Shown here: positions 1 to 12,471 of the stretch, piece by piece | Position numbering within the stretch: position 1 is the stretch's first letter | How the letters are laid out: the number at the start of each line of letters is the position of its first letter | NCBI GenBank assembly: GCA_044892525.1 | Contig: CM097885.1 | Location: forward strand, 13,766,001-13,830,000 | Direction of reading: 5' to 3' | Origin: Schmidtea polychroa | Lineage: Eukaryota | DNA: 64,000 bases | The notes under the pieces: model-generated | Told to the model about the DNA's origin: nothing | The model's input: only the letters and a program-made list of their open reading frames with translations | Database searches by the model: none | Program-made: the position numbers and the translations under genes

Positions 1-27
1 AGTACAGAACCATTCGAGAAGATATAT

Positions 28-795
28 ATGGATATATGTGGGCCATTGAAAGAAACGTTCAACAAAAAGAAATATATTTGCGGAATCATTGACCACTATA
101 GTAAATACATCTCATTAACGGCCATAAACAAGCAAGACGAAAAAACAATTAGTGAGACGTTATTAAATAAATGGATATTAAAGTTTGGAGCTCCAAAAGA
201 ACTTCATGTAGATTGTGGGAAGAACTTTGAAGCAAGAAGTATAAAAGAACTAGCAAAGGCAGCTGGCATTGAATTAATTTTCTCAAGCCCATATCACCAT
301 AACACGAATGGTATTATTGAAAGACAATTCAGAACAATCAGAGAGTATATTAATGCGTCATTGAATGAAGGAGGAAGGAAAAACTGGGCTGATATAGTGC
401 CAGAAATAGAATATACTTTAAATGCAACAGTTCAAAAAACAACGGGAGTAAGCCCAGCAGAGATTATATTTGGGAGGAAAATCGACAGAATGAAATGGTA
501 CTCGAATAAAGAAATAAATAGAGAAGATATGGAAAAGAGAATAGAGGATAAAACACTAAAACCAAAAATAAGCAAAACAGTGAGAGATTTTGAAATGGAA
601 GATTTGGTTTTGATCAAACAAGAAATTCGAAATAAAGACGATGAAAGGTGGGAAGGGCCGTACAAAGTGATAAAGAAAATACATGAACGGAGCTACTTAC
701 TTAAAGATCAAAATGGGAAGATGGTAGTCAGAAATGTTGAGAAGATCAAACATTTTAAAAAAGGGGGATGTGAGGAGTTAAAATTAAAATACTAA
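28..795 (+). CDS. Gypsy integrase core and C-terminus (partial, ORF enters from upstream of the window)
   Basis: MDICGP, IDHYSKY, HVDCG, SPYHHNTNGIIER and WEGPY (GPY/F) motifs. Confidence 0.93.
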   Translation: MDICGPLKETFNKKKYICGIIDHYSKYISLTAINKQDEKTISETLLNKWILKFGAPKELHVDCGKNFEARSIKELAKAAGIELIFSSPYHHNTNGIIERQFRTIREYINASLNEGGRKNWADIVPEIEYTLNATVQKTTGVSPAEIIFGRKIDRMKWYSNKEINREDMEKRIEDKTLKPKISKTVRDFEMEDLVLIKQEIRNKDDERWEGPYKVIKKIHERSYLLKDQNGKMVVRNVEKIKHFKKGGCEELKLKY

Positions 796-1085
796 ATTAA
801 ATTAGTTCATGATTAAAATTTGTAAAATTTTAATTGAAACTTAAATTATTTTAAGATATTAAAATTGAAATGATAATTGAAATTTTAAAATAAAATAATT
901 TTTAATAAAATTGAAATTCAAGTATGAATGCGATGGTATGTTGATATTTGGTTGAAATTAAAATTTAGAAAATGTCCCAAGAATATTTGTTTATATAATC
1001 AGATTTAATGAAATATAATTTTGGATTTAATAGTCTTAGTAATTTATTTTGATGACAGAAGAATTAAATGTTATAGCTTCTAACA
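769..1085 (+). repeat. 3' LTR (~317 bp, TG...CA)
   Basis: Starts TGTGAGGAG after the PPT and ends TCTAACA; its ends resemble the 50476 LTR (TGTAAGGAG...TCTAACA). Confidence 0.8.
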
Positions 1086-1399
1086 GAAGATATAGCCACT
1101 CTCCGATTAAATCTAAAAATATTATACAATTAACAAATACAAATTCTATAAACATAGAGTGTGATTGTATAACAGGTTCATACAATAATGGTAAACATGC
1201 AAATATTTTATATTCCTTTCCATCTGATATTGTTCGAGTTGGGTATAAAATGGTTGAAAGAATGAATCCTCCAAATTATTTACCTTTATGTCGGAAAAAC
1301 CTAATGGATATTAGTTTTAGAATTGTTGATGAAGACGGGAAGTTAATTGACTTTAACGGTGAAATGATTATAATGTATTTACATTTGAAACAAGTCTGA
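1086..1399 (+). pseudogene. Polinton minor capsid protein (penton), C-terminal part; N-terminus separated by the Gypsy insertion
   Basis: INIECDCITGSY..G....ILYSF...GYKMVE..P.YLPL...ISFRIVDEDGKLIDFNGE....LHLK matches the Polinton single jelly-roll penton C-terminus; the first 12 codons of the 1049 ORF are LTR sequence. Confidence 0.8.
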
Positions 1400-1423
1400 A
1401 AGTCATTCTTTAGTCTATAATAA

Positions 1424-1717
1424 ATGAATTATAATAAATTAGGATTATACAATGAAGGACTAAAAGATGAAGATGTTATAACCCTTACAGAAAAAAGATT
1501 TGTAAATGAAAAAGGAGATTCAATGAAGGGGGATTTAAATTTAAATACTCACAAGATAAAAGATTTAGGTCCTCCAATTGATGACTTTGATGCAACTAAT
1601 AAAAAATATGTAGATGAAAAGCTATCCAAGCTTAATAATATCGAACAACGATTAAATGAAGAAACTCAAAGGTTAACTGATACAATATCAATGTTAAAAA
1701 ATAAGACTTATGCATAA
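1424..1717 (+). CDS. Fiber/tail-fiber-like protein with coiled coil
   Basis: GDSMKGDLNLNTHKIKDLGPPIDDFDATNKKYVD fits the GDxMxGxL..KI..L..P...DAxxKxYVD repeat of viral fibers; lies directly after the penton. Confidence 0.65.
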   Translation: MNYNKLGLYNEGLKDEDVITLTEKRFVNEKGDSMKGDLNLNTHKIKDLGPPIDDFDATNKKYVDEKLSKLNNIEQRLNEETQRLTDTISMLKNKTYA

Positions 1718-2321
1718 AAAACTTATGGATGATAGAATTAATACAATATATAATATAATAAATGAGATGATTGCATCATTTAATACAAGACTTGTTAAAT
1801 TAGAGTCTCATACAACACATGTTGATAAATCACACACTATTAGAAAAAGAGCTGCTGAATTAGAACAGAATAATACATTATTACCCCATACATATAAACA
1901 TTTTATAGAACCAAGTTTAATAACAACAAGTAGTAAAGAATGGTCTTGTTTTATGGTTGTAAAGATTATTGATCCTTATTTCCTTATATTTAATGATGAT
2001 GGTGAAACAATAAAATGGTTTGTAAAATGTGATTATAATAGTAATTTTGAAAAGGATGAAGTTATAATAATTGGTTATGATTTACCACACGGACATTGGC
2101 ATGATAAAACTGAATCACATAAAATACATAAAGTTAAAAGTAAGAATATTATTTTTAAAAGCACACTTGTAAGTTATATAGATTTAATATTTTATGAAAA
2201 AAAGGTTGATGTTGATCAAGTTCGTAAAGCGTTGGTAGAATTGTATAAAGACATTCTCTCAAAAAGAGTTTCTTATGATATTCGAGCGTTGGTACCAGAT
2301 AATAAAGTCTTGATTTTTTAA
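1710..2321 (+). CDS. Polinton hypothetical protein (N-terminal coiled coil, beta-rich C-terminus); possibly the frameshifted continuation of the fiber
   Basis: 203-aa ORF overlapping the previous ORF by 8 nt. Confidence 0.55.
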   Translation: MHKKLMDDRINTIYNIINEMIASFNTRLVKLESHTTHVDKSHTIRKRAAELEQNNTLLPHTYKHFIEPSLITTSSKEWSCFMVVKIIDPYFLIFNDDGETIKWFVKCDYNSNFEKDEVIIIGYDLPHGHWHDKTESHKIHKVKSKNIIFKSTLVSYIDLIFYEKKVDVDQVRKALVELYKDILSKRVSYDIRALVPDNKVLIF

Positions 2322-2329
2322 TTATTAAA

Positions 2330-2944
2330 ATGGAAACAGTACGAAGTCCAGAAGTACAAAGTCCAGAATGGCCTGTTCCAGTAGTACGAAGTCCAATAGT
2401 ACAATATCCAAAGATTCCATCAGCTCCTACAGAACTTGAAGTCATGAGGGTGAAAGAATTTAAATCAGAGACTTTACATTTAAAGGACTTGCTCCGTCAT
2501 TATAAAAAAATAAAAAAAAGATGGAATAATGGGAATACAGCTTTAAAGATTATAGGTTACTCCTTAGGATTTACATCTGCAATACTTACAATTGTTTTCC
2601 CTATAACCCTACCGACTATTACTCTTGCGCCCGTAATCCTTGGAAGTATTTCTGTTGCAGATTCTTTCTTGACTGAAATAGTTTCTTTATCCTATACTTC
2701 AAAAAAGAAAAGCTTATATCGTGAAGTTTGTCTGGCAATAGACTTGGGGATATCTAAATTATTTTTATTTCAAATGAAAGCCATGGAGGATGGAATCCTA
2801 ACAGATGAGGAAATAATGAAATCAAATCAAATAATCCAAGATATTAAAAATGAAGTTGTAAAGTTGAAAACTACGCGAAGCCCTAAAGATAAATATTCTA
2901 ACAAGGAATACCGAGAGAAATGGTTAAAGGAGAAGACTGTATAA
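2330..2944 (+). CDS. Polinton membrane protein (two hydrophobic helices, PSAP motif)
   Basis: YPKIPSAP; hydrophobic segment ALKIIGYSLGFTSAILTIVFPITLPTITLAPVILGSISVA; KAMEDGILTDEE. Confidence 0.7.
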   Translation: METVRSPEVQSPEWPVPVVRSPIVQYPKIPSAPTELEVMRVKEFKSETLHLKDLLRHYKKIKKRWNNGNTALKIIGYSLGFTSAILTIVFPITLPTITLAPVILGSISVADSFLTEIVSLSYTSKKKSLYREVCLAIDLGISKLFLFQMKAMEDGILTDEEIMKSNQIIQDIKNEVVKLKTTRSPKDKYSNKEYREKWLKEKTV

Positions 2945-2958
2945 TTTTTAATTTAAAA

Positions 2959-3159
2959 ATGAATTCAAGGTTAAATGATTTTAGAAGTTTATCACTTGAG
3001 GATAAAATTAGAATAGGTGAAAAGTGTTACATCTTTTATCTTGTAAGAATTAATGACTGTGATCTTTTAAATAAAATAACTAAATTTAAATCTTTAAGCA
3101 TACAAGACCAAATACTAAGAGGAGAATATTATTTTGCTTTATTCCCTCAACTATTTTAA
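2959..3159 (+). CDS. Small Polinton hypothetical protein with an internal duplication
   Basis: Repeat FRSLSLEDKIRIGEKCY / FKSLSIQDQILRGEYYF; lies in the packed gene array. Confidence 0.45.
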   Translation: MNSRLNDFRSLSLEDKIRIGEKCYIFYLVRINDCDLLNKITKFKSLSIQDQILRGEYYFALFPQLF

Positions 3160-3169
3160 TTTTGTAAAA

Positions 3170-3652
3170 ATGGATGGCTTTATAAAAAAAATTGAACAGC
3201 TTTCAATGATTGACCCTTTAATTTTAAACAAGATTCAACAAAAAGAGAAGGCTTTTGAATTTGCAAGACTAAAGAGTGAAAACCCTAAAATGAATCAAAG
3301 TGAAATTTGTAAAATAATCGGTACTTCAGACTCGACGATGAGACGAATTAAAAAGGATTTAGGAATTGACTCTCCCTATAGGCATACAGGCAAGAAGAAA
3401 AAGACTAAAGAGACCAAGGGTGTTTATTGTAAGGATTGTTCAAGTACTGTACTTGATAAAAACCATCAATGCGTGAAGTCTAAAAAGTATCAAAGGTCCG
3501 AAGGTCGAAAACAAAAGAAAGATCCTTTAGGCTCTGGGCCTGGGACAGAAGTCTCTACGACTTTCGGAACGACCTCCTTCGGAACAGACCATTCTGGAGA
3601 TGTTGAAGATATTTTAGATCGAACTAGTATCATGTTTAAAAACTTTAAATAA
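3170..3652 (+). CDS. Helix-turn-helix DNA-binding protein with CxxC
   Basis: MNQSEICKIIGTSDSTMRRIKKDLG HTH pattern, basic NLS-like stretch, CKDC...HQC. Confidence 0.65.
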   Translation: MDGFIKKIEQLSMIDPLILNKIQQKEKAFEFARLKSENPKMNQSEICKIIGTSDSTMRRIKKDLGIDSPYRHTGKKKKTKETKGVYCKDCSSTVLDKNHQCVKSKKYQRSEGRKQKKDPLGSGPGTEVSTTFGTTSFGTDHSGDVEDILDRTSIMFKNFK

Positions 3653-3919
3653 ATGGACGAACGTGTTTTAAACCTGATAAAAAGTAATCCTATTATTAAA
3701 AAGGAATCGAGTATTGCATTAAAAGAATATAATGAGAAATCCCCAGAGGATAAAGCCCTGCAAGCCGCGCAACTTGCTATTCGAGAGCCTGTACTTATCT
3801 GGATTATAAATGATTTAGAGATTCAGTTGATGAGAATTCATAAAGAGATTAAAACCAGAAAGACTTTAGCCAAGGCAAACCGAGAGAAAATAAAAGAGAA
3901 AATAGAAAAGATGTTATAA
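3653..3919 (+). CDS. Polinton small helical hypothetical protein
   Basis: 88-aa ORF whose ATG directly follows the previous stop (TAAATG). Confidence 0.55.
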   Translation: MDERVLNLIKSNPIIKKESSIALKEYNEKSPEDKALQAAQLAIREPVLIWIINDLEIQLMRIHKEIKTRKTLAKANREKIKEKIEKML

Positions 3920-6900
3920 CTATAAAAGTAAAATTTTTATTATTGAAACAGATGGTTTATTTTTTAAAGCTTTAATAATATCAATCAATACTTTGTCATT
4001 TGTTAAAGACTTTAAGTTTTCAAAAATTGATTTTAAGGGTATTTCAGTCATTTTATAATTTATTTTTTAAACTTTCAGTCATTGATGACTGTTGATATCT
4101 TTTAATCTCCAGTCTATGATCTTCAAATTCTTTTTCTGACAGGTTTTGAATGTAATCGGGGTCAATGTTTAAATATTTAAAGTTTATATTTTCAAGTTTA
4201 GCTAATTGCACATCCGTGAAGTTTGTAGCATACAAGTCATTTAATCTTGGTAGGTTTTTTATTATTGGGATTAAATTATTCCCGATTGGAAGTGTTGTTT
4301 TCAAATCACTCAGTATACAGCGTTTATCATCATAATTTGATATTGCAACTTTATTTGACTCTTCTAAATACATGTTATGCCTCTCGGATTTAAGTTGATG
4401 AACTTCAACTATTTTATCTACATAGTTTTTATTTAGAGCGTCTTTATAGTCTTGATGTGTTAGTCTTTTCGATAGACATTTTTGTATTCCTTTACTTTTG
4501 TTTTCCTTAAAGACTTTATCATTGTCAAATACTACTACTGGTACCGAATATGTTTGATCATCGATCTTAATTGAATGGGTTTCAATCTTTCCAGCTTCAA
4601 CTGTTTCCAGTGAATATTGTTTAGACCTAATAAATACAGCACTAGTTATTGGAGTATTCGGCTTTTCATCCTTGAAGACGAATAAATCCCCAGTTGAATT
4701 TATTACCATGTTTAGGCTTTCATTTGCAGCTATTTCCTCTTTTAAGCTTGGGAAGTCTATAATGTTTTCTACTTTTAAAAACATACTGTCGGTATCCATT
4801 GCATGCATTGATATTCTATTTTTAAAATATGGTAGTAGTTTATCATAATAGGTTTCATACATTTGCAGTTTTGATAATTCTAAAACAGTGAAACCTATAA
4901 AGATTGGTTTGTTATAAGTCTTGACATTATTTTTCAATTCAATGGCTACAAGGTTCTTGGAGAATACTTCTGCATTTTTGAATGTAGGTTTTCCAATCAT
5001 TCGATTATACCTCTTAATATCCTTTGGAGTATTTGCTAATAATTCTACATGTGTATATTTTTCAACATTTTCCATTGTCTTTCCAAAGACTGAATTATTT
5101 GAAAGCTTATAAATCATATCAAAGTTAGCGTTTCCCATTCTTTTTGCCTCTTTCCTTTTGGCGATATTTCCCATTATAAAGGGTTTCATGAATGCAGTTT
5201 GTCTAAATTTTATGATTGAATGTACAGTTTTTAAAACCATTCCATGTGAAAGATAAAATTTTAATAATCTATAGTGACAAAGGTAATAACTCTTATCAGT
5301 TTGATCACATAAGAGCTTTACAGTTGTCGGTCGATCTTGTTCAATCTGCCAAGGTAAAAGTTCATTTGGATCTATTTTTCTTTTCACAGGTGCAAATGGA
5401 AAATTTCTAGTTGAAGATTTTATTTCATCAGGATATTCTAGATCACACTCTATAACATATCCTATTTCTGAATCCTTTTTAGTTGATAATATTTCTGTCA
5501 TAAGCTCTGGGACAGGACCCTCTGGGACAGCCACATATTCAAAACCATCAATTGGTAAATGTTGAGCCATTGATCCTGAATATAGGGCATTTGCATCTAT
5601 GTAGATAATCTCTGATGGATTATTTAAACCCTCCATTATTAAATTTAAATCCTCTTCTGTTTTTATTTCTACATAGTTTGCTTCAGGATCTTCACTAAAG
5701 AATTTCTTGTATAGAGTTGTAAAGTTGTTTGCAGTGATTTCTCGATCTCCCATCACGGAGCTAATACCTCCACGAATATTTTCTTTAAATAGATTAAACA
5801 TATCGATTTCAGTTAATAGTTCTATGGATCGAAAGGACTCACCTGGCTCTGTCCGCATTGTATATAATAAACAATCCCAAGATAAAGATGGAAAAGATAT
5901 ATAATTATAAGGCTTTAATTCAAATGCTTTGCAAAAATTCTCGAAACAATCTGCTAGGATATAAACATCAAGGGATAAATACATGTCAGTATATTCCCCC
6001 ATATTTTTACATTTGAAAAGTTCCCACATTTTATTCCCTCGGGTATATTCCTCATCACTTATATCCGTTTGATTTAATATTGAAAAAAACAAGTCTTGAG
6101 GAGGTAAAGATGTTTCATTATATCTATCAAAGGAGTCGATGTAATCATAAGGATAGATTCCTTTTGCCAAACAGGTTTTATATTCCTCCTGGGGAATATT
6201 ATTTTTTACTAATACTCTTTCTATTGTATGCTTAAAGTCTTCAGGTTTCATGGTTTTTGCTATTGCATCTAGTGACATTCCTAAAAAGTTTAGAGAATCT
6301 ATAAATTTTAAACACCCATATTGTACACATTTATATTTTTCCTTTGTCAGTCCTATAACCTTGAATGAGTTTTTAGCACTTACAGCTAGATGTTTTATAA
6401 ATAGGTGGATGTCATATCCAAAAAGATTATGGAATACAACTGGGATAAATCCAGGTCTTTTACAATTTAAGTTGCAATCCCTATGGGCTGCTCCCCTATA
6501 ATTATTTTCTTTTTTAAAGTGGTCATGGTCAGGGACTTTTATGTTTGCATGAAATAATATTTCTTCCTCTTCTTCAGCATTCAAACCCTCGAGACTTGGA
6601 GGATTAAATCCTTGTTTGCACACCCAGCAAGTTGTGCAGTCTTTATATTCCCCCCATTGTTGATCTGAAAAGTTTATTAAATTTTTTGTTTTTAATTTTT
6701 TAAAAAGTTTATGCTCTAAATCATTTATGGTTTTAGTGAAATGATCTAGGGTTTCTTCCTCTGAGGATCCTCTAAATGAAAATTCTTCAGAGTCTATAAG
6801 GTCAGGGTAATTACTTTTAAAAAATAGTTTATAAGCCGATGCCACTTGTTTTGTAAGTTTTACAGTGTAGGACTTATTATTTAATTTTAAAAGATCTTTC

Positions 6901-7633
6901 ATATCCTCCCATTTTGAAGATTTTAAAGAATCCAATAGATTATTTTTTTCTATTAATTTGAAATATTCCCGGTTTAGATCCTGTTTTATATTTATACCTT
7001 CAAAGTCACCATATATCACACCTAAGGTTTCTAGTAGGTTTGAAAAGTTTTTAAAATACATCTTTGCGTTTACAGGTAAAGGCATTTTAATTAAAGCCGG
7101 CAAGTTCTTACAACATAATCTTTCATGTTTAAATGCTGCACTGTCTGAAACCGAATAATGAAGACATCTTTTACAAGTTATTCCCCCTCTAACTTCTGTA
7201 TTTGATCTCATAAAAGCTTGAAAGTTTTTTATGAGGATATAGTGTTGTTTTCTTTCTTCTTGAGTTTCTTCTTCTTCTTCTGAAAGGATTAAATCTTCTT
7301 CTGAAAGGGCTTCAAACTCTGTAGCGCCTTCTTCCAATATTAAAAGATCTATTTCCCTATCTTGGTCACTATCTGAAATGTATATTGGAATGATGTTTTT
7401 CTTAAAATCATCATGATTATGGTACATGTATTCATAAATATTAATTTTGAGATTATTTAGACTTTCAAATTTTGGTACATCACAGATTTTCATTGGATGT
7501 TTAAAATCTTTTGGATATAACAATTCATTCTCATAAGGTTTGTATTTTGATACTCTTTGGGGGTTTGTAGCTTGAGGATGTATATATGCAAGGATCGCCC
7601 ATTGAAAACATTTATTATCACTATTTTCTACAT

Positions 7634-8555
<922 letters not shown>

Positions 8556-8641
8556 TTTTTAAAAATATTTTTTTATTGGGGTGGTGTGTTTTGGGTTTTT
8601 AAAATATATTTATAAATTAGCAAACTGCGCCAGCAGCTGTT

Positions 8642-8853
8642 AGTAGTGTTAGAACTATACACCTGAGCGCACCCTCATCTCTTCCCTTTCCATCGGGCTC
8701 GGACAGAGGGCTTTGTTTTGGGTTTTTTCGGTTAAAATATATTAAAACGTGTAAAAAAACTGTTGTTTTTTTATATTAAAGGGTAATAATTGAGGGCTTT
8801 GGAATTGGACGCTTTGCGGTGGGTGTGCTCAGGTGTATAGTTCTAACACTACT
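8642..8853. repeat. Polinton terminus: 33-bp inverted repeat (8642-8674 / 8821-8853)
   Basis: AGTAGTGTTAGAACTATACACCTGAGCGCACCC versus reverse complement of GGGTGTGCTCAGGTGTATAGTTCTAACACTACT, 1 mismatch. Confidence 0.9.
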
Positions 8854-8859
8854 TGAATA

Positions 8860-8966
8860 TCAAAATCATCGATATATTACTGATTCCATAGTCAAGCTTT
8901 TTAATAAATACAATGTCAATGGAAAAGAAATCAGTAGTGAAATTTGAAAATAAAGTTCTTATAATT
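8860..8966 (+). repeat. Dispersed short repeat family (copies near 20584-20700, 21376-21510, 38040-38150)
   Basis: Shared CATCGATATATTACTGATTCATAGTCAAGC...TAATAAATACAATGT...GAAATCAGTAGTGAAATTTGAAAA core. Confidence 0.8.
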
Positions 8967-9258
8967 ACTTTAATGTTTTAAATCTTACAGTTCACTTATC
9001 CAAAGAACTTTAGTGCTCTTCTTTATTTAAATGGAAATACAAGTAATTTAATATTGAAATTTCAGTGGGATAACAATGTTTTCTGGTTTTGGTACAAAAC
9101 ATTTTACAAGGCCTTTATATACAAATCAAAAAATACATTTTAAGCGTATTGGATACGAATATTATGTTGTTGCATTTCGGTTAGTTCTCAGAAATAAAGT
9201 TTGTCTATCAGTAGGTCACAGGGTTTCCCAACTGTATTTTATTCATACTATTTTTTAA

Positions 9259-9433
9259 CCCTTTCGATGTGAAATGAAAGGGAAACTGAGCGTGACATTA
9301 GCTAAAGTGTTAAACGTACATTTACGGAATTAGCACATTGGACTAGTTTCGTGGCAGTAGCACACAAGAATAGCAGATTAATGGAGTAGCATTCCTTGGA
9401 AAACGTGTATTTAAAGATGTTGCAGCGAAATGG
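9259..9433. mobile_element. piggyBac-like MITE
   Basis: TTAA|CCCTTTCG ... CGAAATGG|TTAA. Confidence 0.55.
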
Positions 9434-9799
9434 TTAAGCATAAGCGGATTAGGAATTTGTATGTATCCCAATTTGAGTGAGCCATATAAGGAGGAAGCCT
9501 ATCCAGGTGAGAGGAAAAATACTCTTATTAAGGTGGGATTTAATACATATCACTAGGGAGAAGAGTGCTCACTGGCTCATAAAAGAATTACTTATCACTG
9601 AAGTATTTAATAATCATAATTGGTTGGATAGAGGGTGAGTTAACCACAAAATTACACCAAACACCACTGAGATACATTTTCTATAGTGGTGGTTTGGTGT
9701 GTGTGTCAAAAATAACGATGAGTCATTGTTTTTATAAGAAATTTTCGAAAATTTATCAAACTTGTTAGTGTCCTCTGTCCTCATGAAATTTTAAAATGT

Positions 9800-10490
9800 C
9801 AAACCTGTTGCATTTTTGTTAGGCATTTTCAGTGTGGAATATTTTTTACGAGGAAAGACTAAACATATTGTGAAATGTATTCAATGTGATCAAGTGTTAA
9901 AAATACCAGGCGAATGTACAACCTCTATGTAGACACATATTCTCAGTAAACATAATGTGGTTTTGACAAAGCGAAAAATTTATGAAACAACAAGTGAGAC
10001 TAACAAAAAAAGTAAATACAATCGGCAAGTTCTTTTGTCGGTTTAGATCATTTTGTGTTTTTTTCTAGTTCAAATGACCTAAGGAAATGCTGCCGTATGC
10101 GATGATTAGATAACATCCCGAAGTCAGCGGCATGCATCCAAAAACTTGTAATGAATTACGGTGTAAAAATTCGAAAAGCAGTTATTTCCGAAATTATGTC
10201 ACTAAAGAAGAAGAACGATGAGTAGACTTCTGTTAGAAACAGATTTTTTTTAACGTAAACGTATATGGATTTCAACAAGTGTGTACTTCAGAACCAGTTT
10301 AAAATGATCAGAAAAAAGAGTTGAGGCTTCTACTCAATTCAAAGATCAGATTTAGTTGTATGATTTCCATATTGAAAAGGTTTCATCTGTTAAAACTTCT
10401 AAGTAAAGCGATAATCGATGCTAAAGCAGAAACAAGTTTTAATAAATCAGGATTGGATATGATATTACAAATTTTAAGAAATTTTATAGC
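9800..10490 (+). pseudogene. Degenerate BED-finger hAT transposase
   Basis: KHIVKCIQCDQVLKIPGECTTSM*THILSKH BED finger; LLLNSKIRFSCMISILKRF resembles the hAT RW region. Confidence 0.6.
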
Positions 10491-10518
10491 TATAAAAATA
10501 ATAATAATAATAATAATA

Positions 10519-10573
<55 letters not shown>

Positions 10574-10974
10574 CATAATATTTTTACAAACGAGGAAGTT
10601 AATGAAAATAGAAAAGTGTAGGTTTAATAATATGCAAATACTACCAATCTGAATCCAGTCACATTTTCTCATGCATCTATTATAACCACTTACATTAATA
10701 TCTAGTAATGTAGCGTCCAGTCATATCTGCACTCTCTACAGTTTTTCCAGAATATAGTACGCGCGCGTATTATATTCAAATTTCACTTGTAAATATAATT
10801 TCAATTTTACTTCCAAGAAAGTAAAGCCAAAAACTAGTTATTTTAAAATTATAATTCAGTAGTTATTAAGAATTTTGAATGTTTTTTTAAGTAACTTGAC
10901 TATTCATTAACAGTTTGTATTATTGTAGTAAACGCTCTTTTTTTTAAATTGAAATAATTTGTTGAATCTTTATA

Positions 10975-11720
10975 GAATGAATATCGATACAAAAATTTCA
11001 AGTAGAAATAACTATACCATCAAACAAAACTTGACATTTTAAAGGAAATTAAAACAGGTGAGTCAGGAAAAGGTTGCCAAACAATTGCTAAACTAGATTG
11101 AATTAACGAATCCGTATTTCGCGGTTGGAAGAATATTAAGAGCGATCTATTTAACACGTTAACTGCCGTGTCACCCGTATTCGGGTGACAGCAAAAGTTC
11201 TCATCAGGCCACGTCACCCGTATTCGGGTGACAGCAAGAGTTCTCATCAGGCCACATCGGGTGACTCCTTCCAAAGGATTTCCGAACATAATAGTCCATA
11301 GAACATAATCGTAATAGATATCGGGCTGAGAGTACCGAAAGAAATGTAAACAGACATGCGGTAGCAGAGCACGCATCTTACAGTGGCGCCGGTGGCCTGA
11401 CGGGGATTTTGTTGTAAACACGCGTGGCAGTCAACGTGTTAAAGCGGTGAGTGATCCAAATATTTGTATTCGTAAGAGCAGGATATTAGCTGGTTGTGGT
11501 AGGCACTTGAATATGAATAAATTGAAAATAAAGTTCTGCAATAGGTTTCGTTACGAAAAGAGAAGGAAATCTGAGTTAAAGATAAAAATATTCAGTTGTA
11601 AGCTCTTTTTGTTCGAAATAAAATTTTGCCACACAACAAAAATGAGGAGTTGAAAAATATTCAGGTATCAATCGGATGGGTGGAACATTTCAAGAAGCGA
11701 AACTGCTGATTGTAAGTAAT
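10975..11720 (+). pseudogene. Degenerate pogo/Tigger transposase N-terminus (CENP-B-type HTH), interrupted by a MITE
   Basis: YTIKQKLDILKEIK...ESVFRGWK and VSIGWVEHFKKR motifs. Confidence 0.55.
11155..11438. mobile_element. piggyBac-family MITE
   Basis: TTAA TSD on both sides; TIR CACGTTAACTGCC / GGCAGTCAACGTG; internal palindromic duplication GTCACCCGTATTCGGGTGAC x2. Confidence 0.85.
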
Positions 11721-11805
11721 GGCTTGATGCTGCTGAAAAAAACTCTACAAAATACTAAATCTACTGGAACCAATTTCGAAATTTATTCTGTGTCTACCAT
11801 AAATC

Positions 11806-12230
11806 CAGGGCCGCCTTAACCACATGGCTAAATGGGCTATAGCCCCAAGGCGAAAGCCTTTTGGGGCGGCAATTTTTATTTGCGATGTATGTTTTTTGTT
11901 ATTATTAGTTATTAGTTTTATAAAAATTCATTTTTCATATTATTGATCAGTTTGCCAAAGAAAAATCTAAGAAAATAAATATATAAGTTACTTTTGTTTC
12001 TTGTTTGCATTGAGATTTGTTTTTGTTCTTTAAGGTTTTTTAATTTAATTTAATTCAATTTTGTGTTTTTGTTTTGTATATAGATAATAATTTGATTTTT
12101 TTTAGTTGTGACACTTTTGTATAACTTTGCCGGATATCCCGTTCCGTTTGTTATTCTGTGAATTTTCTTAAGAAGAGAGGCGCATTATTTTTAGTAGCCC
12201 ACGGGCGCCGAATTTCTTAAGACGACCCTG
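11806..12230. mobile_element. hAT MITE
   Basis: 8-bp TSD CATAAATC; TIR CAGGGCCGCCTTAA / TTAAGACGACCCTG. Confidence 0.9.
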
Positions 12231-12471
12231 CATAAATCATTGGAAAATTAAAGTTACCACCTTAGATGAGTAAACATATGAAAGCTCAAGTTTTATTTAT
12301 GAAACTGCTTCACCAGAAAACAATATCCCAATTGTTAAACAAAAGGTTTTTCACGGTTTAAAATTATAAAATTAAATTATAATTTATTATTTATTTTACA
12401 GAATGAAATAAATCTAAGAAATAAAGCTTTCAAATTTACAATGTTAGTTTATTTTTATTTATATAGAAGTA

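Larger units (their letters stand above)
1..1085 (+). mobile_element. Gypsy/Ty3 LTR retrotransposon, 3' part (integrase, PPT, 3' LTR), inserted in the Polinton penton gene
   Basis: Integrase ORF; purine tract AAAAAAGGGGGA just before TG at 769; LTR ends ...TCTAACA at 1085, same architecture as the complete element at 50476-58092. Confidence 0.9.

Noticed and set aside
1049..1085. ATG start of the 116-aa ORF
   Set aside because: Lies inside the Gypsy LTR; the true penton N-terminus is displaced upstream
8642..8853. Independent MITE insertion
   Set aside because: No target-site duplication around the unit; the termini are Polinton-type and adjoin pPolB
11020..11421. 133-aa minus-strand ORF
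   Set aside because: Spans a MITE and the antisense of a pogo fossil; no protein features
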